Origin: an uncultured Oscillospiraceae bacterium
Lineage (GTDB): Bacteria > Bacillota > Clostridia > Oscillospirales > Oscillospiraceae
Direction of reading: 5' to 3'
Assembly: GCA_964345235.1 (NCBI GenBank)
Contig: CAYFQE010000004.1
Coordinates: 4,366 to 68,365 of the forward strand
Length of the DNA: 64,000 bases
The position numbers and the translations under genes were made by a program. The notes below the pieces were generated by a model. It was not told where the DNA came from. It saw only the letters and a program-made list of their open reading frames with translations, and searched no databases. The stretch's first letter is position 1; every line of letters begins with the position of its first letter. Below, piece by piece: positions 43,796-53,241 of this stretch.

Positions 43796-44710
43796 TTATT
43801 TTAAAAGTCCGTTTTCAACAAGAAATTCTTTTGCCACTTCGTTGATATCTCTCATTTCAATGTCTACGGCATAGGTTAGCTTGGTCATCTCGTCATTGGG
43901 GAGCAGACCCTCAAGAAGATTCATAACATCTCTCAGCTCTTCTCCGTATTTTTCAAAAATTTCGCTTCTCACCATCAAGGCTCCGAAATAGTCGGGGAAA
44001 AATCCTTTGTCGTCTTCAAGTATGGTGAGATTTGTAGAGAGATTCAGTCCGTCTGTAGTGTAAACTACCGTGACATCCATTTCTTCACTTGAAAGCGCCG
44101 CATATTTAAGGCCCAAATCCACCCTGTAGGTGTCCTTAAAAGTCAAACCGTATTCTTTTGAGAACGGCCCGAACTTGATATTGCCTTCCTCGGTGAAAAA
44201 GTCGTGCTCGGCGCCGAAAACCAGTTCGGACGCACAGTTTGACAGCTCTGTGATGGTTTTTAAATTGTGTTTCTCCATAACTTTGGGGGTTACGGCTATG
44301 GCGTAGGTGTTGTTGTTTCCAAGTTTTTTAAGAAGTTCCAATTTGTCTTTAGCCAGTTTTTCATTTACAAATTCGTGAATGCTTGAGCCTTCCGGCACAT
44401 CTTCCACATCGTAGTGCAAAAATGTGGTCAGCGCTGTACCGTCATAGGTGTTGAACACATCCGCATTTCCTCTTAATATCTCGTTATATGAATTTACCGC
44501 ACTCATTTCATCCAAAATTTCAACCTTGATGTCGGTTCTGTCTTCAATCAGCATCTTAACCATGGATATAATCAATTTGCCTTCGCTGATTCTTGCGTCA
44601 ATTATCCTCAGCTTATCTGCGCCGGATGAAGCTCCGCAGGCAGATAACAACAACACCAAAGCTAAAATCATGCATATTTTACTCATCGCTTTTCTCATTG
44701 TTTTTTTCAT
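43796..44710 (-). CDS. Osmoprotectant (glycine betaine/choline/carnitine type) ABC transporter substrate-binding lipoprotein
   Basis: Lipobox ILALVLLLSAC-G. 304 aa, of the OpuBC/OpuCC size class. Last gene of an ATPase-permease-permease-binding protein operon. Confidence 0.75.
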   Translation of the reverse strand: MKKTMRKAMSKICMILALVLLLSACGASSGADKLRIIDARISEGKLIISMVKMLIEDRTDIKVEILDEMSAVNSYNEILRGNADVFNTYDGTALTTFLHYDVEDVPEGSSIHEFVNEKLAKDKLELLKKLGNNNTYAIAVTPKVMEKHNLKTITELSNCASELVFGAEHDFFTEEGNIKFGPFSKEYGLTFKDTYRVDLGLKYAALSSEEMDVTVVYTTDGLNLSTNLTILEDDKGFFPDYFGALMVRSEIFEKYGEELRDVMNLLEGLLPNDEMTKLTYAVDIEMRDINEVAKEFLVENGLLK

Positions 44711-44724
44711 CGAATTCCTCCTTA

Positions 44725-45324
44725 TTATTCTATATTTTTATATTTTGCATTCAATTTATCTTCAATTTTCGTCATGATTGCATCAAGCCCCAAAGACATG
44801 ACCATAATCAGAAGCATTCCCTTGATAATCATCTCCATGTTTTGGATTCTGATGCCTCTGTTTATTACTCCTCCCAGTCCTCCGCCGCCGACAAAAGTGC
44901 CGAAAACGGCTGTTCCCACAGCGGTAACTGTGGATATTTTGATTCCCGAAAAAATCATCGGCACGCTGAGCGGTAGCATGATTTTAAAAAGAGCAGTTTT
45001 TCTGTCCATACCTATTCCTTTTGCAGCTTCAAGAACCTCGGGGGGTATGTTATTAAAACCTACATAGGTGCTGTTAACAATAGCGAGCAGGGAATAGAGC
45101 GTCAAACCGACTATGGTGGTCAGCTTTCCTCCGCCGAAAAACACCATTATAATTCCCAAGGTTGCCAAAGACGGGATGGTCTGCATAATATCCACGGCAG
45201 TCAAAATAGTTTTTCTCAAACTTCTATTGAAATAGGCGGCTATTCCCAAAGGGACTCCTATGAGCGTTGCTAAAATCACTGTTGTAAACACGAGAAACAA
45301 GTGTTGCAGGGCGGCATCTATCAT
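44725..45324 (-). CDS. Osmoprotectant ABC transporter permease (OpuBD/OpuCD-like)
   Basis: 199 aa, 5-6 TM, EAA loop VLEAAKGIGMDRKTALFKIMLPLSVP. Confidence 0.85.
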   Translation of the reverse strand: MIDAALQHLFLVFTTVILATLIGVPLGIAAYFNRSLRKTILTAVDIMQTIPSLATLGIIMVFFGGGKLTTIVGLTLYSLLAIVNSTYVGFNNIPPEVLEAAKGIGMDRKTALFKIMLPLSVPMIFSGIKISTVTAVGTAVFGTFVGGGGLGGVINRGIRIQNMEMIIKGMLLIMVMSLGLDAIMTKIEDKLNAKYKNIE

Positions 45325-45959
45325 GTCGATTCCCCCTTTATTCCGTCGGGAACAGTTTTATCTCTTAAAAAATCTACAAGCTTAGACAGAGTAATTGCGA
45401 TAATGGCGGAAGGTATTGCGCCGGCAATAATCAGTCTTGAATCGTTTGCGGCAACGCCCGTGTAAACAAAGTTTCCGAGTCCGCCCTGACCTATCATAGC
45501 CGCCAAAACCGCCCAGCTTGTTATATATATTGTAGACATTCTTATTCCCGCAAACATTACAGGCATAGCCATCGGGAGCTCTACTTTAAACAGGGACTGC
45601 ACCCCATTCATGCCGCAACCTTTTGCGGCCTCCAGATATTCGTATGGAACCTCGATAAGCCCTAAATATGTATTTTTTAAAACAGGAAATACGGCATAGA
45701 TTGAAAGCGCTATAATGATTGTAACGGGCTTCATTCCCGTATACAGAAAGAGTATGCCTATAAAAACAATGCCGGGTATGGTTTGAAATATTGAAAGCAG
45801 GGGAATAACCACCTTTGAAACGCTCCTATACCTTGACAAAAGGGTACCAATACAAACACCTGCCAAGCTTCCTATGCTCACACACACAACTACATATAGA
45901 ATATGAGTGAATATTGAGCTGAGAAGCAGTTTGCCGTATAAGGAAAAAAAGTTAGCCAT
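45321..45959 (-). CDS. Osmoprotectant ABC transporter permease (OpuBB/OpuCB-like)
   Basis: 212 aa, EAA loop YLEAAKGCGMNGVQSLFKVELPMAMP. Overlaps the next permease by 4 nt. Confidence 0.85.
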   Translation of the reverse strand: MANFFSLYGKLLLSSIFTHILYVVVCVSIGSLAGVCIGTLLSRYRSVSKVVIPLLSIFQTIPGIVFIGILFLYTGMKPVTIIIALSIYAVFPVLKNTYLGLIEVPYEYLEAAKGCGMNGVQSLFKVELPMAMPVMFAGIRMSTIYITSWAVLAAMIGQGGLGNFVYTGVAANDSRLIIAGAIPSAIIAITLSKLVDFLRDKTVPDGIKGEST

Positions 45960-45962
45960 TAT

Positions 45963-47084
45963 CTACTCCTTTCCCTCCCACAAGTAGGCAGCCATACCGT
46001 CAGCCATAGATGTTTTTGTAAGTATGCCCGCGGGTTTCTCATCGTCCAAAACTATTAAAAAGTTAAAATCTACCGCTTCCAGAAGCTCAAATCCCGTTTT
46101 TGCACTCTCGTATGCATCGATAGTCTTATGGTCATAAGATAAGAGCTCTTCGACGGTGTTTAGTTTGTCTTTATGCTCATACAATGTGTCGATATTTATT
46201 ACACCCTTGTATCTGTCCTCATCATCCACAATGATTAGAGTATCTATCGACTTTTTTCTCATAAGCCAAACGGCTTCTTCCGGAGAGTCTTTGATATTTT
46301 GAGTAATTACGGGTTTTTTCATGACATCTTTGCAGAGAAGATCTTTGCCGCTCCTATTGTCGCTAAAATGTATGCCCAAAAACTCTCTGATGGTGTCGTT
46401 AGCGGGATTTTCCAACATTTTTGAAGGCGGCGCCTTCTGTATGATTTTACCGTGATCCATAAAGATGATGACATCACTCATCTTGACGGCTTCGTTCATA
46501 TCGTGAGTCACAAACAGTATGGTTTTTTTGAGCTTTTTTTGTATTCTCCTAACCTCTTCCTGCATAATGTCCCTTGTAATGGGGTCCAACGCGCCGAAAG
46601 GTTCGTCCATAAGTATTATATCGGGATTGGCAGCCAGAGCGCGCATTACTCCGACCCTTTGCTGCTGTCCTCCCGAGAGTTGCCGAGGATATTGATTTCC
46701 GTATTTTTCATAGGGCATTTCAACCAAATCCATAAGCTCTTTTACTCTGGAAAGAGTTTTTTCCTTATCCCATTTTAGAAGCTCCGGAACTACACTTATA
46801 TTTTCTTCAACGGTCATATTCGGAAATAAGCCTATGTTTTGAATTACATAGCCTATCCTTCGTCTGAGATTGTTCGGCTCGTACTCTTTGATATTTACCC
46901 CGTTAATTAAAATTTCACCGGAATCGTAAGGTATCAATCCGTTGAGCATCTTCAAAGTTGTAGTCTTTCCACAACCCGAGCTTCCGATTAGTGTTGCAAA
47001 TTGTCCCTCTTCAATTTTTAAATTTAGATTATCTACGACAGTTTTGCTTCCATAAGATTTGCTGACATTAATGTACTCTATCAT
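45963..47084 (-). CDS. Osmoprotectant ABC transporter ATP-binding protein with tandem CBS domains (OpuBA/OpuCA-like)
   Basis: Walker A GSSGCGKTT, signature LSGGQQQRV, Walker B ILMDEPFGALD, and a C-terminal CBS pair. Start trimmed to MIEYINVSKSYG (ATG 47084), preceded by AAGGAAGGA. Confidence 0.9.
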   Translation of the reverse strand: MIEYINVSKSYGSKTVVDNLNLKIEEGQFATLIGSSGCGKTTTLKMLNGLIPYDSGEILINGVNIKEYEPNNLRRRIGYVIQNIGLFPNMTVEENISVVPELLKWDKEKTLSRVKELMDLVEMPYEKYGNQYPRQLSGGQQQRVGVMRALAANPDIILMDEPFGALDPITRDIMQEEVRRIQKKLKKTILFVTHDMNEAVKMSDVIIFMDHGKIIQKAPPSKMLENPANDTIREFLGIHFSDNRSGKDLLCKDVMKKPVITQNIKDSPEEAVWLMRKKSIDTLIIVDDEDRYKGVINIDTLYEHKDKLNTVEELLSYDHKTIDAYESAKTGFELLEAVDFNFLIVLDDEKPAGILTKTSMADGMAAYLWEGKE

Positions 47085-47262
47085 ACGAAAATCCTTCCTT
47101 ATAAAATCAAGATACGGCTTATGCGCTTTCTTGTTATTTTTTCTTTGTTTTGCGGTAAGCATTCTTTGAGCAAAAAAATACAGACGCGGCTTTTATCCCC
47201 CGCCCCTACCCCTATTTTTTGCTTGCAATTTTAATCGGGAAAATCTGTTTTTATTTTCGCCT

Positions 47263-47484
47263 GTTTTAAACTGCAACTGCAAATTTTTATAATATACTTT
47301 CTTTTTGTATAATTATACCATTAAAAGCAGGCGTTTGTAAATCTTTATGCTCCTGTTTGTCTTTTGTCAATCGTTTTAAACTGCTTTTCCATGCACGCGC
47401 TTGCTAGACAAAGATATGTCGCTTTGATATAATGAAGTTAAGCTTTTATTCCGTGAGGTATGGAGATGAAACTGTTTAAACTGC
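47263..47484. repeat. Three spaced copies of GTTT(T)AAACTGC in the opu/cls divergent region
   Basis: GTTTTAAACTGC at 47263-47274 and 47373-47384 (110 bp apart). GTTTAAACTGC at 47474-47484, inside the first codons of cls. Confidence 0.4.
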
Positions 47485-49001
47485 TCTTTTCCAGGATGGG
47501 TATCATTGCAAGCTTTGTGCTTTTGCAGATGGCCGTACTTTTCCTGGCGCTCACATATTTTAAAGACAACTACGCCTATGTTCAGGGTATTTACATCATA
47601 ATTACCGTCACGCTCTCGATTTACATATTGGGGAAGCGCGGTTCCTACGCCTATAAGACTCTGTGGATAGCTCTTATAGCTATTGTTCCTGTCTTCGGCT
47701 CAGCAATGTTTATTCTTATGGGTCAGAACCGAATCCCCGAAGAGCGCATGAAACAGCTTGGCGGCCCCATGATTGACTTTAGGGAATATAATCCTTTTGA
47801 AAAAGTTTCTTTTAGCGAGCTTAGAGAGAAATCGGAAAACGCCGCTCTTCAGGCGGAATATCTGAGCAACGCCGCTTTAGCTCCCCTCTATAAAAACAGC
47901 GCAAGCGAATACTTAAAGAGCGGTGAGCTTTTCTTTGAGCGGCTCTTGAATGACATTGAAAATGCCGAAAAGTTTATATATCTGGAGTTTTTCATTATAA
48001 GCAAAGGCAAGCTGTGGGATAGCTTTCTCGAAGTACTTGAGAGAAAGGCGGCCGAGGGCGTCGATGTCAGGGTTATATATGACGATATCGGCACCATTTT
48101 GCGCATGAGCGCAAAATACCCGGAAGAGCTTGCGAAGAAGGGAATAAAATGCGGAGTTTTTCAGCGTTTTCTGCCGATTATCTCCGGCACATATATGAAC
48201 AGAAATCACAGAAAAATCTGTGTTATCGACGGAACGGTCGCCTACACGGGCGGCGTGAACCTTGCCGATGAGTATGCCAACATTATCACCCGTTTCGGGC
48301 ACTGGTATGATTCGGGAATAAGGGTTGAGGGCGAGGCCGCCTACGGCTTTATGCTCATGTTTCTCTCGATGTGGAACTATGTATTTAAGCAGGAACATTC
48401 AAAAAAGGTGCTCGAGGCTCCCGAAGTCTCTCTCTCGGAGGAAGAGCGCTCCGACGGCTACTATATTCCGTTTTACGATAGCCCCACCGATGAAGAGCCC
48501 GTCGGTATGAACTCGTATATAAACATGATTTCAAAAGCTAAACGCTACATTTATATTTGTACGCCCTACCTCTCGCTCGACGAAAGTATTTTGAGCGCCC
48601 TTTCCATTGCTGTTAAAAGCGGCGTTGACATCAGACTTGTGGTTCCGGGTATTCCCGACAAAAAAGTTGTGAACATGGTTACTAAGTCCTATTATGAGCT
48701 TCTTCTAAGCGCCGGAGTTAGGGTTTATGAATGCACTCCCGGTTTTATGCACTCTAAAATCATAGTTGCCGACGATGACTACGGCATTTGCGGCAGCATA
48801 AACTTCAGCTTCAGAAGCTTTCATTTAAACCACGAATCGGCAGTTTGGCTTTATAAAACAAAGTCTGTTCTGCAAATGCGCGACGCTTTTTTGGAGCTTT
48901 TACCCGACTGTACCGAAATCACAAAAGAACACTGCGATGCCGTTCCCTACGCCGTAAAGCTTACGCGCGATGTGCTCAGTATCTTTGCGCCGCTTGTTTA
49001 G
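47460..49001 (+). CDS. cls: Cardiolipin synthase (PLD superfamily)
   Basis: Two N-terminal TM helices and two HKD motifs (NHRKICVIDG..GGVNL and MHSKIIVADD..GSINF). Confidence 0.92.
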   Translation: MEMKLFKLLFSRMGIIASFVLLQMAVLFLALTYFKDNYAYVQGIYIIITVTLSIYILGKRGSYAYKTLWIALIAIVPVFGSAMFILMGQNRIPEERMKQLGGPMIDFREYNPFEKVSFSELREKSENAALQAEYLSNAALAPLYKNSASEYLKSGELFFERLLNDIENAEKFIYLEFFIISKGKLWDSFLEVLERKAAEGVDVRVIYDDIGTILRMSAKYPEELAKKGIKCGVFQRFLPIISGTYMNRNHRKICVIDGTVAYTGGVNLADEYANIITRFGHWYDSGIRVEGEAAYGFMLMFLSMWNYVFKQEHSKKVLEAPEVSLSEEERSDGYYIPFYDSPTDEEPVGMNSYINMISKAKRYIYICTPYLSLDESILSALSIAVKSGVDIRLVVPGIPDKKVVNMVTKSYYELLLSAGVRVYECTPGFMHSKIIVADDDYGICGSINFSFRSFHLNHESAVWLYKTKSVLQMRDAFLELLPDCTEITKEHCDAVPYAVKLTRDVLSIFAPLV

Positions 49002-49022
49002 TGAAGATAAATATAAAAAGTT

Positions 49023-49054
49023 AAAGACCGTCGAAGGTTTTCGACGGTCTTTTA
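49023..49054. terminator. Bidirectional rho-independent terminator between cls and rplA
   Basis: Stem AAAGACCGTCGAA / TTCGACGGTCTTT with loop GGTT, flanked by A- and T-runs. Confidence 0.75.
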
Positions 49055-49067
49055 TATACCCTTTTAT

Positions 49068-49763
49068 TTAGGCTGTTCTTGCTGCTGTGTTGATCTTTAT
49101 TCCGGGGCCCATGGTGGAGGCCGTGACACAGCTTCTTATATACTGACCCTTGGCTGCCGCAGGCTTAGCCTTGATGATGGCGCCGATGAGGGCTTCGTAG
49201 TTTTCCTGTAGCTTCTCGACTCCGAAACTCACCTTGCCGATGGGGCAGTGAATAATGTTTGTTTTGTCAAGACGATATTCAATCTTGCCGGCCTTGGCTT
49301 CCTTTACGGCCTGCTCGATGTTGGGTGTGACGGTGCCGGCCTTGGGCGAGGGCATAAGACCCTTGGGACCCAGAATCTTACCGAGCTTACCGACCATTCC
49401 CATCATGTCGGGAGTGGCGATGACCGTATCGAACTCGAACCAGTTTTCCTTCTGGATTTTGTCGATGATTTCCTGGCCGCCCGCATAGTCGGCGCCGGCA
49501 TTTTTTGCCTCTTCTTCTCGCTCGGGTTTGCATATAACCAAAACTCTGAGTTCCTTGCCTGTCCCGTTGGGGAGCACAATGGCGCCTCTGACCTGTTGGT
49601 CGGCGTGTCTCGAGTCAACGCCGAGACGGACATGGAGCTCGACTGTTTCATCAAATTTTGCCCTGGCTGTCTTGCAGACAAGCTCGAACGCTTCTGCGGG
49701 GCTATAGAGCTGCTGTCTGTCGACAAGCTTTTCGCTCTCTAAATAACTTTTTCCTCTATTCAA
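49068..49763 (-). CDS. rplA: 50S ribosomal protein L1
   Basis: 231 aa. [24 protein letters not shown] and [21 protein letters not shown] start 8 nt after AGGAGG. Confidence 0.97.
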   Translation of the reverse strand: MNRGKSYLESEKLVDRQQLYSPAEAFELVCKTARAKFDETVELHVRLGVDSRHADQQVRGAIVLPNGTGKELRVLVICKPEREEEAKNAGADYAGGQEIIDKIQKENWFEFDTVIATPDMMGMVGKLGKILGPKGLMPSPKAGTVTPNIEQAVKEAKAGKIEYRLDKTNIIHCPIGKVSFGVEKLQENYEALIGAIIKAKPAAAKGQYIRSCVTASTMGPGIKINTAARTA

Positions 49764-49822
49764 AATTACTTCCTCCTAAAATTGTGGTTCGTCGGAGTTA
49801 ATCCTCCCACGTTAAGGCCTGC

Positions 49823-50248
49823 TCAGTCGCCTATGAGCACGCCCATGGAGCGGCAAGTGCCCTCTACCATGGACATCGCAGACTCGATGCTGGTGCAGTT
49901 TAAGTCGACCATCTTCTTCTCTGCGATGGCGCGGACGTCCTCTCGGCTGATTGTTGCAACCTTGTTCTTCTGAGGAACGCCGGAGGCTTTTTCAATGTTG
50001 CACGCCTTCTTAATAAGAAGAGAGGCGGGCGGGGTTTTTGTTACGAACGAGAATGTGCGGTCGCCGTAAACGGTGACAATGACGGGTATCATCATACCCA
50101 TTTCGCCCTTTGTGCGCTCGTTGAATTCCTTTGTGAAAGCGCCGATGTTTATTCCGTATTGTCCAAGTGCGGGGCCGACCGGGGGCGCCGGTGTGGCCTT
50201 ACCTGCAGGCACCTGGAATCTTGCATATCCCAATATTTTCTGTGCCAA
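49823..50248 (-). CDS. rplK: 50S ribosomal protein L11
   Basis: [26 protein letters not shown] prefer TTG 50248 (MAQKILGY...), 6 nt after AAAGAGGTG, over the track GTG at 50257. Confidence 0.95.
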   Translation of the reverse strand: MAQKILGYARFQVPAGKATPAPPVGPALGQYGINIGAFTKEFNERTKGEMGMMIPVIVTVYGDRTFSFVTKTPPASLLIKKACNIEKASGVPQKNKVATISREDVRAIAEKKMVDLNCTSIESAMSMVEGTCRSMGVLIGD

Positions 50249-50275
50249 AATGAGCACCTCTTTCAGTCAAAATTT

Positions 50276-50803
50276 TTAGTCTTTTTTGGATTTTTCGATT
50301 TGGCTGAGACTCAAGTCCACCGGCGTTTCTCTGCCGAACATGGAGACTCTTACCTTTACCAAATCCTTGTCGGGATCCATTTCCTCGACTATACCGGAAA
50401 ATCCCTCTAAGGGCCCTTCCATAACCCTGACGGTGTCGCCGACCCCGAAGCCCAATAGAACCTCGTGTCGTTCGACGCCCATTGCCAGGCTCTCTTCATC
50501 GGTGAGGGGAATAGCTTTTCCCGCCGCTCCGACAAAGCCGGTTACTCCTCTGACATTTCTCACAAGGTGCCAGCTCTCATCGGTGAGTTGCATCTTGATT
50601 AGAACATAGCCGGGCATTATCTTGCGCTCGTAGGTTTTTTCTCCCTTGTCCGTACGCTCGGTAACCGTTTCCATCGGAATTTGTGTTTCGGTGATGAGAT
50701 CCTGCATTTTCCGCTTTTCCGCAGCTGTTAAAACAGCGGAGGCCACGGAATTTTCATATCCCGAGTATGTGTGTACCACATACCATTTTAATTCGTCGCT
50801 CAT
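50276..50803 (-). CDS. nusG: Transcription termination/antitermination factor NusG
   Basis: KWYVVHTYSGYENSV NGN domain and KOW motif FGVGDTVRVMEGPLEGFSGIVEEMD. Confidence 0.97.
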   Translation of the reverse strand: MSDELKWYVVHTYSGYENSVASAVLTAAEKRKMQDLITETQIPMETVTERTDKGEKTYERKIMPGYVLIKMQLTDESWHLVRNVRGVTGFVGAAGKAIPLTDEESLAMGVERHEVLLGFGVGDTVRVMEGPLEGFSGIVEEMDPDKDLVKVRVSMFGRETPVDLSLSQIEKSKKD

Positions 50804-50804
50804 T

Positions 50805-51071
50805 TTATCCTACCAACCTGATGAGGGTTGAGATTCCGAGAGCGGCTATTTTGTCGAATCCCCAAACTACCACAGCGCTGACTACCATGACAACCAGTGA
50901 AACGGTCGTGTTGTTGATCATGTCTTTCCTGGACGGCCAGACAACCTTATTGAGTTCTGCTTTCATATCGCGGAACCAATGTGCTACTCTCTTTCCGAAC
51001 GAGAGCTTCTGGTCTGTCTTCTTAACGGCAGCGGTGGTGGTTTTTAAAGGGGCATCAGATTTCTTTGCCAT
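50805..51071 (-). CDS. secE: Preprotein translocase subunit SecE
   Basis: FRDMKAELNKVVWPSRKDMINNTTVSLVVMVVSAVVVWGFD: a single C-terminal TM in the rpmG-secE-nusG context. Start trimmed to MAKKSDAPL (ATG 51071). Confidence 0.85.
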   Translation of the reverse strand: MAKKSDAPLKTTTAAVKKTDQKLSFGKRVAHWFRDMKAELNKVVWPSRKDMINNTTVSLVVMVVSAVVVWGFDKIAALGISTLIRLVG

Positions 51072-51090
51072 ACTACTTCCTTTCGTTCCG

Positions 51091-51255
51091 CTACTTCGTC
51101 TCGCTGTGCTTTGTGTGCTTTCTGCAGCGCGAGCAGTACTTCGAAAGTTCAAGTTTTTCTGTTGTGTTCTTCTTGTTCTTGAACGTGAAGTAGTTGCGCT
51201 CCTTGCACTCGTTGCACCTGAGTGTGAGTTTTACTCGTGCTCCGGGTTTTGCCAT
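51091..51255 (-). CDS. rpmG: 50S ribosomal protein L33 (not in the ORF track, 54 aa)
   Basis: My translation is [54 protein letters not shown]. It has the CxxC...CxxC zinc ribbon and the KNKKN motif of L33, with AAGGAGGTG 7 nt upstream. Confidence 0.9.
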   Translation of the reverse strand: MAKPGARVKLTLRCNECKERNYFTFKNKKNTTEKLELSKYCSRCRKHTKHSETK

Positions 51256-51330
51256 AATTCGGCACCTCCTTATTGAATTTGCCGCTATAAGCTGCGGCAG
51301 AATGCCTCCCTTTCAGGAAATTGGGCGCAG

Positions 51331-51355
51331 AAAAAAATGCCCGTCTCCTGACAGG
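51331..51355 (-). promoter_or_regulatory. Terminator-like hairpin + U7 inside the rpmG leader (possible attenuator)
   Basis: Minus strand: CCTGTC-AGGA-GACGGG (6 bp, one G-U), then C-A-TTTTTTT. Lies between the promoter at 51363-51391 and the rpmG start. Confidence 0.3.
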
Positions 51356-51362
51356 TAAGCAA

Positions 51363-51391
51363 ATTCTAGCACAGGCAAAGCGCCAGGTCAA
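51363..51391 (-). promoter_or_regulatory. Sigma-A-like promoter of the rpmG-secE-nusG-rplK-rplA cluster
   Basis: Minus strand: TTGACC (51391-51386), 17-nt spacer ending in TGC, TAGAAT (51368-51363). Confidence 0.55.
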
Positions 51392-51501
51392 GGTTTTTTT
51401 GCTATAAAAGGCTGTAAAAATCTGTGTTTTAAGCAATAAAGTTGACTATTTCAGCCGAGAAGCTTATATTCTTTTTAGAAATCCACGGGGGTTTTTAATC
51501 C

Positions 51502-52791
51502 ATGAACTACGATGACACATTAAATTATATAAAAACGGCATCGATGCCCGGGTCCGTTCCGGGACTTGAGAGGATAGGTGAGCTTTTAGAGGCGCTCGGC
51601 TCTCCTCAAAAATCGCTCAGGTTTATACATGTTGCCGGAACCAACGGCAAGGGCTCGGTCTGCTGTTATTTGGAAACTGTTTTACTCGAGGCCGGAATTA
51701 AGACGGGGCTTTATACCTCGCCGCATTTGAGAAGGGTGAACGAGCGTTTCAGGTTCTGCGGCAGTGACATTTCGGACGAGGCGCTCGCCCTGCTTTTCAC
51801 CGAGCTTGCTCCGATAAACGACAAGCTCGGTAGATGCTGTACGGAATTTGAGCTTCTAACCGCCGCCGCCTGCCTATATTATAATAAGGTAGGGGCAGAG
51901 ATTGTAATTTTGGAAACCGGACTGGGCGGCCGCTTCGATGCCACGAACATAATCGAAAAACCGCTGCTCTCCATAGTCACCGGCATAGGTCTTGACCACA
52001 CCGAAATACTCGGCGACACAAAGGAAAAAATCGCCTTCGAAAAGGCGGGGATTTTTAAGCCCGGCTGCCCCGCTCTCTGTCACAGCGCAGACAAGAGCGT
52101 GCTCGAGGTTTTTAAGACTGAGGCCGAAAAGCGCGGCTCGAAGCTGTATACGGCAGACGAGAATAGGCTCAGCCTCATATCGGCAGACACAGGCGGGCAG
52201 GTTTTCAGCTTCGAGGGCAAAACCTATAACATAGCCATGCTCGGCGCTCATCAGCTCAAAAACGCCTCTCTCGTCATAAGGGCGGCGGAAATCTTGCAGG
52301 AAATCGGCATTCAAATTTCAGACGAAACATTAAAACACGGACTTTCAAAGGCAAAGCTCGCCTCGAGACTGAGTATTCTAAATGAAAAACCCCTGTTTAT
52401 CTTAGACGGCGGACACAACCCCTTGGGGATTGAATCGGCAAGAGATGCGCTTGAAACTATTTTCCCCGAAAAAGAGAAAATTCTCATCTTCGGCGCAATG
52501 AAGGACAAGGACATTTCACAAAGCCTGAAGATTTTGAAAGATTTTTGCAGTGAAATAGTCTGCACAAGCGTGGGCGGCGAGAGAGCCAAAGATGCCGCCG
52601 AGCTTTTTAAAATAGCGGCTAAGTTAGGCATTCCGGGTTCATACGAGTCTGAGGTGCCCAAGGCCATTGAAAAGGCCATGAAGCTTGCCGAAGAGAGAGA
52701 TGCCTTGGTTTTGTGCATTGGCTCTCTGTATTTGGCAGGCCCTGTTTTAGATTATTTTGAGGAGAAAAAGAATGCGGATTATGGCAATTGA
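51502..52791 (+). CDS. folC: Folylpolyglutamate synthase / dihydrofolate synthase
   Basis: Mur-ligase P-loop HVAGTNGKGSV, TSPHL, and GLGGRFDATN. Confidence 0.9.
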   Translation: MNYDDTLNYIKTASMPGSVPGLERIGELLEALGSPQKSLRFIHVAGTNGKGSVCCYLETVLLEAGIKTGLYTSPHLRRVNERFRFCGSDISDEALALLFTELAPINDKLGRCCTEFELLTAAACLYYNKVGAEIVILETGLGGRFDATNIIEKPLLSIVTGIGLDHTEILGDTKEKIAFEKAGIFKPGCPALCHSADKSVLEVFKTEAEKRGSKLYTADENRLSLISADTGGQVFSFEGKTYNIAMLGAHQLKNASLVIRAAEILQEIGIQISDETLKHGLSKAKLASRLSILNEKPLFILDGGHNPLGIESARDALETIFPEKEKILIFGAMKDKDISQSLKILKDFCSEIVCTSVGGERAKDAAELFKIAAKLGIPGSYESEVPKAIEKAMKLAEERDALVLCIGSLYLAGPVLDYFEEKKNADYGN

Positions 52792-53182
52792 TTACGGCGA
52801 GCGGCGCAGCGGACTTGCTTTTTCGGATTTGAGCGAGTTTTTATGCGCCAAGGCCTATACTATAAAACACTATTCCGACGGAGAGCTTCTCGACAAGCTT
52901 ATTAAGGAAATTTATGAGAACGAGGTCGGTAAAATTCTGCTGGGGCTACCCCGCAACATGGACGGAAGCGAGGGCGAGCGCGCCGAAAAGAGCCGAGCGC
53001 TCGGCGAGGCTTTAAAAGCCGCCTGCGGACTTGAGGTGATTTTTATCGACGAGAGACTCACAAGCGTTGAGGCACACTCGATTCTTCAAAGCTGCGGCAA
53101 ACGAGAAAAAAAGCACAAAGACACCGTTGACGCCGTGGCGGCATCACTGATTTTGAGCACTTATTTGGATTCGAAGAGATAG
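52772..53182 (+). CDS. ruvX: Holliday-junction resolvase-like nuclease RuvX/YqgF
   Basis: MRIMAIDYGERRSGLAFSD and LGLPRNMDGSEGERA...DERLTSVEA. ATG 52772 follows GGAG. Overlaps the folC end. Confidence 0.9.
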   Translation: MRIMAIDYGERRSGLAFSDLSEFLCAKAYTIKHYSDGELLDKLIKEIYENEVGKILLGLPRNMDGSEGERAEKSRALGEALKAACGLEVIFIDERLTSVEAHSILQSCGKREKKHKDTVDAVAASLILSTYLDSKR

Positions 53183-53241
53183 GCAGTTTTCCTGTCTCTT
53201 TTTTATGTCGTAAAACCGCTTCACTATTTGGGCGGTTTTTT
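53181..53241 (+). terminator. Two tandem terminator-like hairpins after ruvX
   Basis: AGGCAG-TTTTC-CTGTCT + CTTTTTTAT (53181-53206), and AAAACCGC-12 nt-GCGGTTTT + TT (53212-53241). Confidence 0.45.

Noticed and set aside
51149-51436. Track ORF of 95 aa on the minus strand upstream of secE.
   Set aside because: It overlaps the true 54-aa rpmG (51091..51255) in another frame and extends through the promoter and leader. Its sequence has no family resemblance.
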